NCBI RefSeq assembly: GCF_020745735.1
Contig: NC_083410.1
Span: 4,314,117 to 4,378,116 of the forward strand
Reading direction: 5' to 3'
From: Hemiscyllium ocellatum
Taxonomy: Eukaryota
DNA length: 64,000 nt
The notes beneath the pieces were generated by a model that ran no database searches, was not told the DNA's origin, and saw nothing but the letters and a program-made list of their open reading frames with translations. The first letter of the stretch is position 1. Every line of letters begins with the position of its first letter. Both the position numbers and the translations under genes were made by a program. This document shows, in pieces, positions 1 to 12,280 of the stretch.

Positions 1-129
1 CTTCCAGTGACTCCTCCAGTAACAGCTTTATTCTGACCATCAAAAGAATGCAGCTCACTGACAGTAGGGTCTATTACTGCTTCATCTGGGGAAGGATCTA
101 TGGGAGAGGAAGCCAGCTCAATATCACCA
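1..129 (+). CDS. V0: 3' part of VJ-type Ig V exon (SSDSSSNSFILTIKRMQLTDSRVYYCFIWGRIYGRGSQLNIT)
   Basis: Open frame from base 3 with D-x-x-x-YYC and a GxGSxL J-like motif. Phase-1 donor GTAAGT at 130. Downstream intron is homologous to those after V4 and V5. Confidence 0.9.
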
Positions 130-827
130 GTAAGTAGAGTTTACATGGCAATCTCCTCCAGCAATAACCTCTTACCCAATGAATGAATTGGAGATCAGTT
201 TGTGATCAAGAAGATTGAGGAAGTGATGGAGAGTGATCTCGGGGATGGATTCACTGAGAGGAGGAAGCTGAGCTCAGGTGCAGTAATTTATTTAATTATT
301 TCGTGAGATGTGAGTATCACTGGCGAGGGGCCAACATTTACTGCCCATCCTTAATTGCCCTTGAGAAGGTGGTGCTGAGCTGCCTTCTTGAACCACTGCA
401 GTGACCCATTGGTTGCCATTCCTGGGTTGTGGTCGGGCTCCTGAACAATCTATTAAGACCCTGCTAAACAGTTCTTCAAAAGCTGTGATCAGAATTAAAG
501 GTGAAGCTTTAATTGAGGGTTGGGTATCCCCCAAGTCCTGACATGGACCAGCCTGTCTGGTAAAATATAAGATCTTTATGTAATCCTGAATAATAAAAAT
601 GTTTTAATATTTTCAATTGTGTGTTCCTCATCCATAAATGACCTGTCATTGAAATTTCATGAGCTAGATAGTACAATTTTATTCTGGCCCTCAGATGGAG
701 TGACCACCTGATGGACCACTGTCCATTTCTCATCACCTGGCATCTGGGATGGTCTCTATTTTCTCACTCATACTTTTTCTTTCAAATAATAACATTCAGA
801 GACTGTTTCTGATTCCATTTCTGAGGA

Positions 828-1435
828 TAAAAACTGAAATTGCTGGAAAATCTCAGCAAATCTGGTAGCATCGATGCAGAGAAATCAAAATTAATATTGC
901 AGGCCCAATGACCCTTGTACAGAACAAATGGCAATGAGGAAAATAATGGCTTTTATATAGAAGGTGGGGTGGGGAGGATGGTGAAAATAAACAATTGATG
1001 GAGATAGTGCCCAGTGTGAGAAAAAAGCTGTTGAACAGACAAAGGTGTAGTTAATGGCCAGTCTGGGGGAATGAGCAGCTGCAGATGGGGAATTAGTGAT
1101 TGACATTAATGTATGGTAGCTGCCTGGGTGTGTGGGGGAGGGGGAAAGGTGCTCAGTCTCTAAAATTGTTGAACTCGATATTAATTTCAGAAGGCTGCAG
1201 GGTAACCAATTGGAAAATGAGGTGCTGTTGTTCCAGCTTGCGCTGAGCTTCACGAGAACACTGCAGCAAGACTGAGACAGAGATGTTGGCCAGGGAACAC
1301 GATGGTGTGTTGGAGTGGCAAGCACCTGGGAGCTTTTTTGCGTACAGAATGGAGGTGTTCTGAGAAGGGGTCACCCAGTCTGTGTTTCATTTACTAACTG
1401 AAGAGGATACTACATTGTGAGCAGTGAATACAGTT
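828..1435 (-). mobile_element. Penelope-like element 3' fragment (GIY-YIG C-terminal region and terminus)
   Basis: Minus frame reads GACHSNTPSCSLANISVSVLLQCSREAQRKLEQQHLIFQLVTLQPSEINIEFNNFR, typical of a PLE endonuclease C-terminus. Confidence 0.75.
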
Positions 1436-1444
1436 TGTCTCATC

Positions 1445-1790
1445 ACAGAATACTCAGAGGCCTGGATAGAATGGACATGGACAAGATGTTAGTTGGAGAG
1501 AGTAGGATCCAGGGCACAGCCTTACAGTGAAGGGATGATCAATTACAGCTGAGATGAAGAGGAATTTCTTCAGACAAAAGATGGTAAATCTGTGGAACTC
1601 ATTGCTGCAGAGAGTTGTAGAGGCTAAGTCATTGAGTCTATTTAAGACAGGGTTCTGATGAGCAAATGGATCAAGGGTTATGGGGAGAGAGCAGGACAAT
1701 GGGATTGAAACATACCAGCCATGATGGAATGGCAGAGCAGACCTGATGGGCTGAATGGCCTAATTCTGCTCCTATATCCATGACCTTATG
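1445..1790 (+). mobile_element. CR1 LINE 3' end
   Basis: Contains gaggaatttcttc...ggtaaatctgtggaactc...gaatggcctaattctgctcc, the CR1 tail motifs repeated throughout the window. Confidence 0.7.
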
Positions 1791-1935
1791 GTCTATAATA
1801 TCATGGTTAGTTTGAATAATTAATCCCTTTGGTTCACTCTGATACACTTACCATCTGTCCTTTCTCATTAACTCTAAATTGGAATTCTCCAGAAAGTTCA
1901 AATCAGTTTTAATTTATTCACGTTTTCTCTTAAAG

Positions 1936-2282
1936 GTTCAAATGTCGCAGTCCTTCACCAGTGTCCGTTTCTGGAATGCGTCACCAAGGATCACACTGCC
2001 TGGTTACAGTGCATCATGAGGAATGTTGTAGTGGCATGCACCAATGATCACTGGGACCAGGAGAAACCAGGGGATAAGATGGAGTGGGTTTTAATACATG
2101 GCATGAGGAACATCACACAATGGAGCCCAGGATTCACTGAGCGATTCCAGTCTTCCAGAGATGCCTCCAATAACAGCTTCATTCTGACCATCACTCTGAT
2201 GTGCAGCCCAATGATGCTAGGGTCTATTACTGTAAAGTGTAGGGGGATATCAGTGGGAATGGAACCCAGCTGACTGTAACAG
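1936..2282 (+). pseudogene. V1: VJ-type Ig V pseudo-exon (GSNVAVLHQCPFLECVTKDHTAWLQC...HWDQEKPG...YYCKV*GDISGNGTQLTVT)
   Basis: Acceptor ttttctcttaaAG at 1934-1935 and donor GTAAGT at 2283. A 2-nt frameshift at ~2196-2197 and TGG>TAG at 2240-2242 disrupt it. Confidence 0.9.
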
Positions 2283-2941
2283 GTAAGTATTGTTTATCTT
2301 AGAATAATCTGATACAGTAACCATTTCCACATGGATTTATTGGAGAGGAGAATGTATTAAATTCCTCTGGTAAAGAGTAAGCAGAGAGCTCGATATAAAT
2401 GTAGAAAAATTCTCAGTTTTTACTCACAGATAGAATAAACTGTTTCTCCTCTTGGACCAGTTCCTCAATCTCAAACTCTTTCTCTGTCTCTCCATCTTTC
2501 TGCTTCTCCATCTTGTTTGTTCTCAGTGTTGTATTTAACATTCTCCTGTCTCTGTCTGTTTCATTCATTCTTGGGACGTGGCCATCACTGGCTGGGCTGG
2601 TACTTGTCCATCGTGAATGGCCCTTGAGAAGAAATGTCTTCTCTGCCACAGGAAGCAGCTGAGGCCAAAACATTGAATGTCTTCAAGGAAAAGTTAGATA
2701 TACTTCTGAGGACTAAAGGGTTCCAAGGGTGAGGGGAGAACGTGGGAACAAGGGACTGAGTTGGATGATCGGTCATGATTATGTTGAAATGTGGTGCAGG
2801 CACAATGGGCTGAATGGCCTACTCCAGGTCCAATTTTGTATGTTTTGAGAAGGTGATGGTGAGCTGCCTTCCTGAGCTGTCGTGGTCCCCTTGATGTTGC
2901 GACACTGGACCCAATGCCTTGAAGGAACGATGATGATGATA

Positions 2942-3594
2942 TACCGCATAAGTTGAGCTTATGTAAAAGTCAACCCCCTATTTTTGGTCCAAAAATCTGA
3001 AATTTTCTATGTATCTCATATAAAACTCAACCCTACTTCTTCACAGTAAACAGATCAACATTTATGAGTCAAAGTGCCTGCCCGTTACACTCCACTCCGG
3101 CTTTCCAGTCTGTGGCTGTACAATTCCGTTTTGGGTCTTCCAGTCCACCAGCCATCATGCTCCGATCCAGATTTTCAGAATTACTGTAATTCTTGTATTT
3201 CTTTCCTTTATTCGTTTTGACTTTAGTTTTGCTTCTGCCAATGATATGTTCTGAATTTTGACCAGCATGAAATTCAGCCCCTCAAATGTGGTCCCTGTAA
3301 TAGTCGACCCCATAAATTTAACCGTAAAAAGTAGTCAAATAAGTAGTACCATTCTACTGTAGCAGGCAGAATGGAGACAGTTGTTTTGTGGATAAATATT
3401 CAATAATGGCCATAACTCTTTTTATTTTAGTTGGTAAATATTTTATAAAGAGATCTGGCTCTTGTTTACCCATTTTTTGACTCACACTAAGCAGGAATTT
3501 CATCTCCTTAAGCACAATACTCGTGGAATAGTCAGCTCCCTAATTTCAGCTAAAAAAAACTAAAAAAATTGACTTTTACACAAGTTATACATGA
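2942..3594. mobile_element. Non-autonomous DNA transposon (MITE), probably Tc1/mariner-pogo type
   Basis: Imperfect TIRs sharing tgtaaaagtcaa/ttgacttttaca and flanked by TA. Absent at the paralogous site in duplication copy 2. Confidence 0.7.
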
Positions 3595-5905
3595 TATTTT
3601 CAAGTCAGGATAGTGAGTGCCCTGGAGGAGAACCTGTGAGAGATGCTGTCCCATGTACCTGCTCCCTTTGTCCTTTCAGATGGCAGAGAAGCTGCTTTTG
3701 GAGAAGCTTTGGTGAATTACAGAAGGGCATCTTGTAGATGGTACCCACAGTCTATCAGTATAAAATGTTGAAGATGTTAATTGTGGCACCAATCAGGCGG
3801 GCTGCTTTCTTCTGGATGGCATGAAGCTTCTTGAGTGTTGTTGGAGCTGCACCCATCCAGGCAAGTTGTACCATCACCCTCCTGATTTCTGCTTTGTCAA
3901 TAGATGCTAGACAGGCTATGGGAGTCAGAGTGTGAGTTATTCACCTTGACTTGCTCTTGTAGCCACAGTATTTATTAACTGCTCCAGTTAATGGACAGGT
4001 TAGTGTGGGTGTTGTTGGAGCTGCACCCATCCAGGCAAGTTGTTCCATCATCCTCCTGATTTCGGCTTTGTCGCTAGATAGTTAAAAATCAAACATCACC
4101 AGATTATAGTCCAACAGGTTTATTTAGAAGCACTAGCTTTCAGAGTGCTGCTCCTTCATTAGGTGGATGTAGAGTATAAGATTATAAGACACAGAATTTG
4201 TTCCTCATTCCCAGATTGCCCTCAAACTGAGTCACTTGCCTGTTCATTTCAGAGGACAGTTAGATAAAACCAAATTGCTGTGGATCTGAAGTCACATGTA
4301 GGCCAGACCAGGTAAGGATGGCAGATTTCCTTCCCTGAAGGAGATTAGTGAACCAGGTAAGTTTTTAACAACAATTGATGGGAACATCAGGAAGTAAGGT
4401 GATACGTTTCCAGCTCTCAGCCTGGAATTGTTGTGTATGATTGTGTTATAACTTGTTTGTGAGTAAATTCAATAAAGAAGCAAACAGTTGGTGTCTTGTT
4501 TGGAGATGCTGTTGCCCATGAGAGGTCTGGGTGGTATAAGGGGTGACTCTGTAATTATGAGTTCACACAGGAGCTCACCATTACTCCATCAGCCTGTATT
4601 TATCTTTAACTTGAGAGGTTAACAGAATACAAAGGGATTTGTTTCGTACGGGCTTGTATTCCACAGACATTCACTTCCATGAATCAGTTCCACATTAAAA
4701 CTGGATCTGTTTCTCAATGTCATCTAAACTGAAGGTTAAACTGGGGTCCAGTGTAACTCATTAAGATGTAAGTAATTTATCCGGGAAATTTCAAACTCTC
4801 AGCTCTCAAGACTTTAGGCCGTCATTTCCCACAACCCTTTGCAGCTCCTGTTCTGCTCAATCACACTCCCACTTCCATCTCTGATGTCTTTGTCTTTGGT
4901 TACTTCCCTTCTTCTGGCCCTCATTCATTCCTTTAGTCCAAGAGACACAGACAGAGTGACATTGGAACAGGAGGAGGCCATTCAGCCCATCTTGCCTGCT
5001 CCAGCACTCAATTAAATGATGGATGATCTGATATTAATCTTAACTCTCCATTCCTGTTCACCTTTCACCCCCCAGGTCATCAAGAATCTCCCTCCTTCGG
5101 CCTTAAAAACATTTAAAGGTTCTGCATCCACTGCTTTTTGATGAAGGGAATTCCAAAGGCTCACAGGCCTCTGAGAAAAAACATTTCCTTATCTCTGCCT
5201 TAAATGTGTATTCCCTTATTTTTTAACTCTGTCCCCTACGTCTAGATTCTCCCTGAAGAGGAACCATCCCTTCCACTTCCACCCGGTTCAAGACCCCTCA
5301 GATCTTACAGGTTTCAACGAAGGCCCCTCTGAGCCCAATGGGATCCAGAGTGAACACATCTGGTGGGAGGGTTCGCAGCTCGGGGAAGTTTCGATCTGAG
5401 TTGAGGAGCTGGATTCTGAGCTGCAGACATTGAGTCACATCAGGGAAGGGGGAAGTTCCCTGGAAACCTTTCTCCTGAGGGTTCTCCCACACCTTGGATT
5501 CGGGAATTGGAGATTAGTCATGGATCAGCGACAGGAAGCTGTGACTCCAGGTGAGGATGGTATGGGTCCCAGGCCTTTCTAACAGTGAGCCCAATGTCAC
5601 AGGTTTGTGTTTGGGGCCCGAATCCAAGGATTCACTGACTCTGGGATAATAACTCATGTCAGGAATGGAAGGGAAAGTCTGACGTTCCAATCAAAAGGGC
5701 CTCAGTTTGCCCATTACTGACTCAATTCCAGGCAAGTGCAGTCAAGGACTATCTGGCTCAGAGAAAATCACAGAAACATTCCAGTAATTAACCTCATTGG
5801 TTCACTCTGATATACTTACCATCTGTCCTTTCTCATTAACTCTAAATCGGAGTTCTTCAGAAAGTTCAGACGAGTTTTAATTCATTTACACATTTTCTCT
5901 GAAAG

Positions 5906-6245
5906 GTTCAAATGTCCCGGTTCTTCACCAGTCTCCGAGCCTGGAATGTGTCACAGAAGGTCACATTGCTGTTACAGTGCACTTTGAGGAATGCCACAGT
6001 GACATACACTGTTCACTGGGACTGAGAAAAACCAGGGAAGAACACGGAATGGGTTTTAACACATGACGTGAAGAACATCACACAATGCAGCTCAGGATTC
6101 TCAGAGCTATTCCAGTCTTCTAGAGACCCCTCCAATAACAGCTTCATTCTGACCATCACAAACGTGGAGCCCAGTGACACTGGGGTCTAATACTGTAGAG
6201 TGTGGGGAGATATCAGTGGGAATGGAACCCAGCTGACTGTAACAG
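5906..6245 (+). pseudogene. V2: VJ-type Ig V pseudo-exon, tandem duplicate of V1 (...YCRVWGDISGNGTQLTVT)
   Basis: Acceptor ttttctctgaaAG and donor GTAAGT at 6246. Frameshift at ~5971, TGA at 6023-6025 and TAA replacing Tyr at 6188-6190. Confidence 0.9.
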
Positions 6246-7492
6246 GTAAGTTGTTTACCTTAGAATAATCTGATACAGTAACCATTTCCACATGGATTTA
6301 TTGGAGAGGAGAATGTGTTAAATTCCTCTGGTAAAGAGTAAGCAGAGAGCTCGATATAAACATAGAACAATTCTCGGCTTTTACTCACAGATAGAATAAA
6401 CTGTTTCTCCTCTTGGACCAGTTCATCAATCTCAAACTCTTTCTCTTCTCTCTGTCTTTCTACTTCTCCATCTTGTTTGTTCTCAGTGTTGGATTTAACA
6501 TTCTCCTGTCTCTGTCTGGTTTTGGTTCATTCATTCTTGGGATGTGGCCATCACTGACCAGGCTGGTACTTGTTGTCCATCGTGAACAGCTCTTGAGAGG
6601 AAATGTCTTCACCCAGAGAGTGGGGAACCTGTGGAATTCTCTGCCACAGAAAGCCGCTGAGGCCAAAACATTGAATACCTTCAGGGAAGAGTTAGATACA
6701 GTTCTGAGAGTTAAAGGGTTCAAAGGGTAAGAGGAGAAAGCAGGAGCAGGGGACTGAGTTGGAAGATCAGTCTTGGTTAATTTGAAAGGCGGTGCAGGAA
6801 CAATGGCTGATTGGCCTCCTCCAGTTCCTGTTTTCAACGTTTTGAGAAGGAGATGGTGAGCTGCCTTCCTGAGCTGCTGTGGTTGAGTTGGTGTTGGGTC
6901 ATTGAAAAGAGTGACACTAAAGGAACAATGATGATGGTATATTTCCATGTCAGGACGGTGAGTGCCCTGGAGAGGAACCTGAAGGAGGTGGTGTCCCATG
7001 TACTTGCTGTCCTAGTCCTATCAGATGGGAAAGGCTGTGAATTCAGAAGCTGATGTTGGATGAGCTTTGGTGAGTTACTGAAGGGCATCTTATAGATGGT
7101 ACCCACTGTCTATCAGTGTAAAAGGGAGTGAATGTTGAAGGTGTTAGTTGTGATGCCAATCAGGCAAGCTGCTTTCTTCTGGATGGCATGAAGCTTCTTG
7201 AGTGTTGTTGGAGCTGCACCCCTCCGGGCAAGTTGTACCATCATCCTCCTGATTTCTGCTTTGTCGATAGATGGTAGGCAGGCTGTGGGAGGCAGAGTGT
7301 GAGTTTCTCACTTTGACCTGCTCTTGTAGCCACAGTATTTGTTACACTGCTCCAGTTAATGGACAGGTTTGTGTGGACTCCCAGGATGTTGTTCATCAGG
7401 GGATTCTTTTCCATTTTTCAGATGGGATCTGGGCATCACTGGCAAGGATAGCATCTGTTCCTCATCCCTAATTGCCCTCAGACTGAGTCATT

Positions 7493-7679
7493 TCAGAGCT
7501 GAAAATGTGTTGCTGGTTAAAGCGCAGCAGGTCATGCAGCATCCAAGGAACAGGAAATTCGACGTTTCGGGCAAAAGCCCTTCCTGATGAAGGGCTTTTG
7601 CCTGAAACGTCGAATTTCCTGAGCCTTGGATGCTGCCTGACCTGCTGCGCTTTAACCAGCAACACATTTTCAGCTCTGA
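7493..7679. repeat. Palindrome of two PLE termini (91-bp arms, 5-nt loop) containing a hammerhead-like motif
   Basis: Arms 7493-7583 and 7589-7679 are near-perfect reverse complements. Absent from duplication copy 1. Confidence 0.85.
7584..7611 (+). ncRNA. Minimal PLE-type hammerhead ribozyme-like motif
   Basis: CTGATGA-A-GGGC-TTTT-GCCT-GAAAC-GTC: conserved CUGANGA/GAAA core, short helix II and palindromic ACGU helix III. Confidence 0.55.
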
Positions 7680-9826
7680 TCTCCAGCATCTGCAGACTTC
7701 ACTTTTTACCCTGATCATTTCAGAGGACAGTAAGAACAAACCACATTACTGTGAGTCTGGAGTCACATGTGGGCCAGACTAGGTATGGATGGCAGATTTC
7801 CTTCCCTGAAGGAGATTAGTGAACCAGATAGGTTTTTACAAGAATTGATGGGAACATCAGGAAGTAAGGTGATATGTTTCCAGCTCTCAGCCTGGAATTG
7901 TTGACTCGTTTGTGAGTAAATTCAATAAAGAACAAACAGTTGGTGTCTTGTTTGGAGAAGCTGTTGCCGACTGGAGGTCTGGGTGACTCAGTAATTATCT
8001 AATGCTGTGTTCATGTTGTGAAGGGTTCGGTGCCAAGGCTGCACACAGGACCTCACCATTACTCTGTCAGTCTGTATTTATCTTTAATTTGAGAGTTTAA
8101 CAGAATACAAAGGGATTTGTTTCGTATGGGCTTGTATCTCACAGACATTCACTTCCATGAATCAGTTCCACATTAAAACTGGATCTGTTTCTCAATGTCA
8201 TCTAAACTGAAGGTTAAACTGGGGTCCAGTGTAACTCATTAAGATGTAAGTAATTTATCCGGGAAATTTCAAACTGTCAGCTCTCAAGACTTTAGGCCGT
8301 CATTTCCCACAACCCTCTGCAACTCCTGTTATGCTCAATCACACTCCCACTTCCATCTCTGATGTCTTTGTCCTGAGCTAAACCCTTCCTCACCCCCACC
8401 CTCGTTGCTCCCCTTCTTATGACCCTCATTCACTCCCTTACTCCAAGAGACACTGACAGAGGGACATAGGAACAGGAGTAGACCATTCAGCCCATCATGC
8501 CAGCTCCACTACTCATTGGGTGATCTGATATTAATCTCAACTCAACATTCCTACATATCCCTGTTCACCTTTCACAGCCCCCTCCACCAACCCCCCCCCC
8601 CCCCCCCCCCCAACCCCCAACTCCCCGGGTCATCAAGAATCTCCCTGCCTCTGCCTTAAAATGATTTCTAGATTCTGCATCCACTGCCCTTTGATGAAGG
8701 GAATTCCAAAGCCTCACAACCCACTGAGAATAAACATTTCCTCATCTCTGTCTAGAATGTGCAATCCTTTATTTATAAACTCTGCCCCCTAGTTCTAGAT
8801 TGTCCCTGAAGAGGAACCACGTCCACCTGGTCAAGACCCCTCAGGATCTGACAGGTTTCAATGAAGGTCCCTCTGAGCCCAATGGGATCCAGAGTGAACA
8901 CATCTGGAGGAAGGGTTTGCAGCTCGAGGAAGTTTGGATTTGAGTTGAGGAGCTGGAGTCTGAGCTGGAGACATTGTGTCATATCAGGGAAGGGGAAAGT
9001 TCCCGGAAAACCTTTCTCCTGAGGGTGCTCCCACCCATTGGATTCAGGAATTGGAGATGAGTCATGGATCAGGAACAGGAGGCTATGACTGCAGGAGAGG
9101 ATGGTATGGGCCCCAGGCCTTTCTAACAATGAGCCCAATGTCACAGGTTTATGTTTGGGACCCGACCCCAAGGATTCCCCAACCCTGAGGTAATAACCCT
9201 GGTCAGGAATGGAAGGGAAAGTTCGAGGTTCCGATCAGAAGGGCCTCACTTTGCCCATTGCTGAGTCAATTCCAGGCAAGTGCAGTCAGGGTCTATCTAG
9301 CTCAGAGACAGAATCAGAGAATCACAGAAACATTCCAGTGTAGAAGAAGGCCATTCAGCCCATCCTGTCTGCACTGACTCTTCAAATGAGCATTATTCCC
9401 GACTGCCAATGTCCTGCTCTCTCCCCACAGCCTTGCACAGTGTTTGGAGATAGAATCGGATGGAGCAACAGTGGATTAGAGAGGGTGCATCGATTACAGG
9501 CTGCTAGAAACTTTCAGCATTTTCCTTTCAGTTTTTGGTGAGAATGAAACTTTTTAAGTGGCTGCTCAGTCTGTTCCAATCAGTCAGTTGTGAGCATTGT
9601 GAAATTCTCCTCTCTTTAGATAATTCACAAAATAAATCACAGTAGCAAATTGGAAAGCACTCAACTGATGGATATGTTTCATGTCATTCTCCCTCAAATT
9701 ACAAACATCAATATCCACACAGAAAGCTTCAGTTCATCCTCTGCAAATCATCATTTTACCAGGAAGAGATTTTATAAAATGTTACAATTCCAGTTATATT
9801 ACTTTTTTTCTCTTCAATATGAACAG

Positions 9827-10173
9827 ATCCATTGGCTGATCCAGTCCTCATTCAGGATCCAGTGGTCAGCAAGGTACCAGGGGGTGAAACTGTCGTGTTC
9901 CAGTGTGCCATGTACAATGCCAGTGTGATTGACACTGATGTCCACTGGCACTACCAGTGACCTGGCAGCAACAGGGAGTGGGTGTTAAGCCACTTTGTGA
10001 ATGGCACCCACCCACGGCCCAGGGTTTCCACAATGATATTCTGCTTTCCAGGAACGTCAGCAGGAACAGTTACATTCTGAGCCTTGTGAATGTGACACTC
10101 AATGATACTGCTGTGTACAGCTGCAGTGTGTGGAGCTACATCTATGGAGCAGGGAGCCAGCTCAATGTAACTG
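9827..10173 (+). pseudogene. V3: membrane-proximal VJ-type Ig V pseudo-exon (DPLADPVLIQDP...FQCAMYNAS...HWHYQ*PG...YSCSVWSYIYGAGSQLNVT)
   Basis: Acceptor after tttttttctcttcaatatgaacAG and donor GTAAGT at 10174. TGA at 9958-9960 and a frameshift at ~10010-10017. Confidence 0.88.
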
Positions 10174-10639
10174 GTAAGTCAATGGGAGGGAACATTGGTG
10201 TGAACAGGGAAGGGAGCACCCAGCTGATGTGCTTCATCAGTGGAAGGGCAGAATGGTCATCAAGGCCAGGTATTCCCAAGGCAGTATGGGAAATGGCTTG
10301 AAGGGAAACCTGCAGGGAGTGGTATTCCCATATATCTGCTGTCCTTGTCCTCCTCAATAGAGGAAGTTGTGAATTTGGAAAATGCTATCTGAGGATCTTT
10401 GGTGAATTTCTGCAGTGTATCTTGTAGATAGTGTATAGCAGGGAGTCAGTGGTGGAGGGAGTGGATGGTTGTGGATTTGGTGCCAGTCAAGTGGGCTGCT
10501 TTGTCCTGAATGGTGTCGAGCTCCTTGAGTGTTGTTGGAGCTGCCCCATTCAGGCAAGTGAGGAATATTCCATCACACCCCTGACTTGTGCCTTGTTGAT
10601 AGTGGACAGGCTTTGGTGAATCAGGAGGGGAGTTACTAT

Positions 10640-11172
10640 CCTGGGAACATCTCTGGGACACCCGCACTGATCAATCCCACTGCCCTGTGGCTGAACACTT
10701 TAACTACCCCTCCCATTCCACCAAGGACATGCAGGTCCTGGGCCTCCTCCATTGCCAAACCTTAACCACCTGACACCTGGAGGAAGAACATCTCATCTTC
10801 CTCCTTGGGACCCTCCAACAACACGGCATCAATGTGGATTTCACCAGTTTCCTCATTTTGCCTTCCCCCATCTTATCCCAATCCCAACCTTCCAACTTGA
10901 CACCATCCTTTTGAACTATCCTACCTGTCCATCTTCTTTCTCCCCTATCTGCTTCACCCTCCTCTCCAATCTATCACGTTCACTCCCACCTTCATCTACC
11001 TATCATATTCCCAGCTCCCTTAACCCGCCCCACCCCCAACCCCCTCCCATTTATCTCTCAGCCCCCTTGGCCCACAAGCCTCATTCCTGATGAAGGGCTT
11101 TTGCTCAAAACGTCAATTTTTCTGCTGCTTGGATGCTGTCTAAACGGCTGTGCTTATCCAGCATCACACTCT
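10640..11172 (+). mobile_element. Penelope-like element 3' fragment with terminus
   Basis: REHLWDT...TWRKNISSS..LGTLQ-like coding remnant followed by the pyrimidine-rich tail and ctgatgaagggcttttg terminus. Confidence 0.75.
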
Positions 11173-11259
11173 TCGAGAAAGCCAGGTGCCAGTCATTTCC
11201 ATCTCCTTCTACAATTTACTTCATTTAAAGTAATATCCTTTTCTGATTTAATTCCCCAG

Positions 11260-11433
11260 TCCACAATAAAGACAATTATAAAGATGTGGTCTTCATGGGA
11301 GAATACTCTCAACAACATCCCGGCTGCCTACCTGTGACATTTGATTATTTGTCTCACAGACTCACTGACAGCAGCTGGTGACCAGCATCTGCCTGGAGTT
11401 TACAGAATCCCTCCTTCAACAGGACACAGACGG
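11260..11433 (+). pseudogene. Probable degenerate stalk/transmembrane exon
   Basis: Strong acceptor (atccttttctgatttaattccccAG) and donor GTGAGC at 11434; 174 nt. Phase-1 start reads VHNKDNYKDVVFMG, and shifted frames continue ILSTTSRL..VT..IICLT, consistent with a frameshifted hydrophobic helix. Confidence 0.5.
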
Positions 11434-12280
11434 GTGAGCTTCACTGTTCTTCACTGTACGTGTTCCTGAAACAGGGAGGAGCTGGTGTCAATGTCAACTT
11501 ATGATTTCAAATCAATTTCTCCTGCACAGCCAACCTATTGTCTTCAGCCCCTTGTTACACCTCACTGGGGTAACACGCTGGAAATGGCGGCCAGCTATTT
11601 ATGGACTGGTCACAAAATGTAAAGATTTTTACAAACCATTCACGCAAGTCCCCCATTGCCCTGTCTTTTAGACTCAGCATGACAGAACGCACAGACCAGG
11701 ATTCTCTCCTTAACACGAGTTCCTGTTTCTTACAACGAAGTCGAGTCTAGTTACAGGGAAACAATGACACATAACCCTTTCATATTCTCGACTAAACACC
11801 CCCTTTCACACATACAGACTGACAGAGACAAGCAAAAACATGGCGTTGTGGGCAGAGGGAAAGACTGGGAAGATAGTTCAGAATTCCTTGTCCACAGGGA
11901 TTTCTGATTTGATTCTTGTGATGCTCAGACACTGCTTCTCAATCTTCCTTCTCTAGATGGTTTCTCCTGTTTACAGGAGGCACAGGGGGAACTGATTCAC
12001 ACTGACAACAGCTCCCTGACTGATTCACATTTACAGCATTTACATTTACTGATTGACACTGATTCACACAGTGCACACTCATGTGAGACCCTCCATCTTC
12101 CTCCTGCCTTATTTTTCAGATATTAACTTCTGAGGATGATGAGCATAAGCCCACATGATGTGCTACTACCTGTGATTCCACACTAGCTGCATACCAAGAA
12201 AGTGGAATCTCTTGCAGTTGATGCAAGTCCTTCAGTTCACATGAAAAGTGTACAGGAGTCCTCTCAGCAGCACGGTGTGG

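Larger units (their letters stand above)
1817..5785 (+). repeat. Tandem segmental duplication, copy 1 (contains V1)
   Basis: Colinear with 5786-9339: both start taattaa..ttggttcactctgat and end cacagaaacattccag. Confidence 0.9.
5786..9339 (+). repeat. Tandem segmental duplication, copy 2 (contains V2)
   Basis: Colinear with 1817-5785, with differential TE insertions. Confidence 0.9.

Noticed and set aside
1845-1852. Strong minus-strand donor (ATG|GTAAGT), also at ~5816-5823
   Set aside because: No matching upstream acceptor or meaningful ORF; it is duplicated only because of the tandem unit.
12120-12158. Possible alternative terminal exon ILTSEDDEHKPT* after a strong acceptor
   Set aside because: There is no donor or poly(A) support and its phase relative to the frameshifted TM exon is indeterminate.
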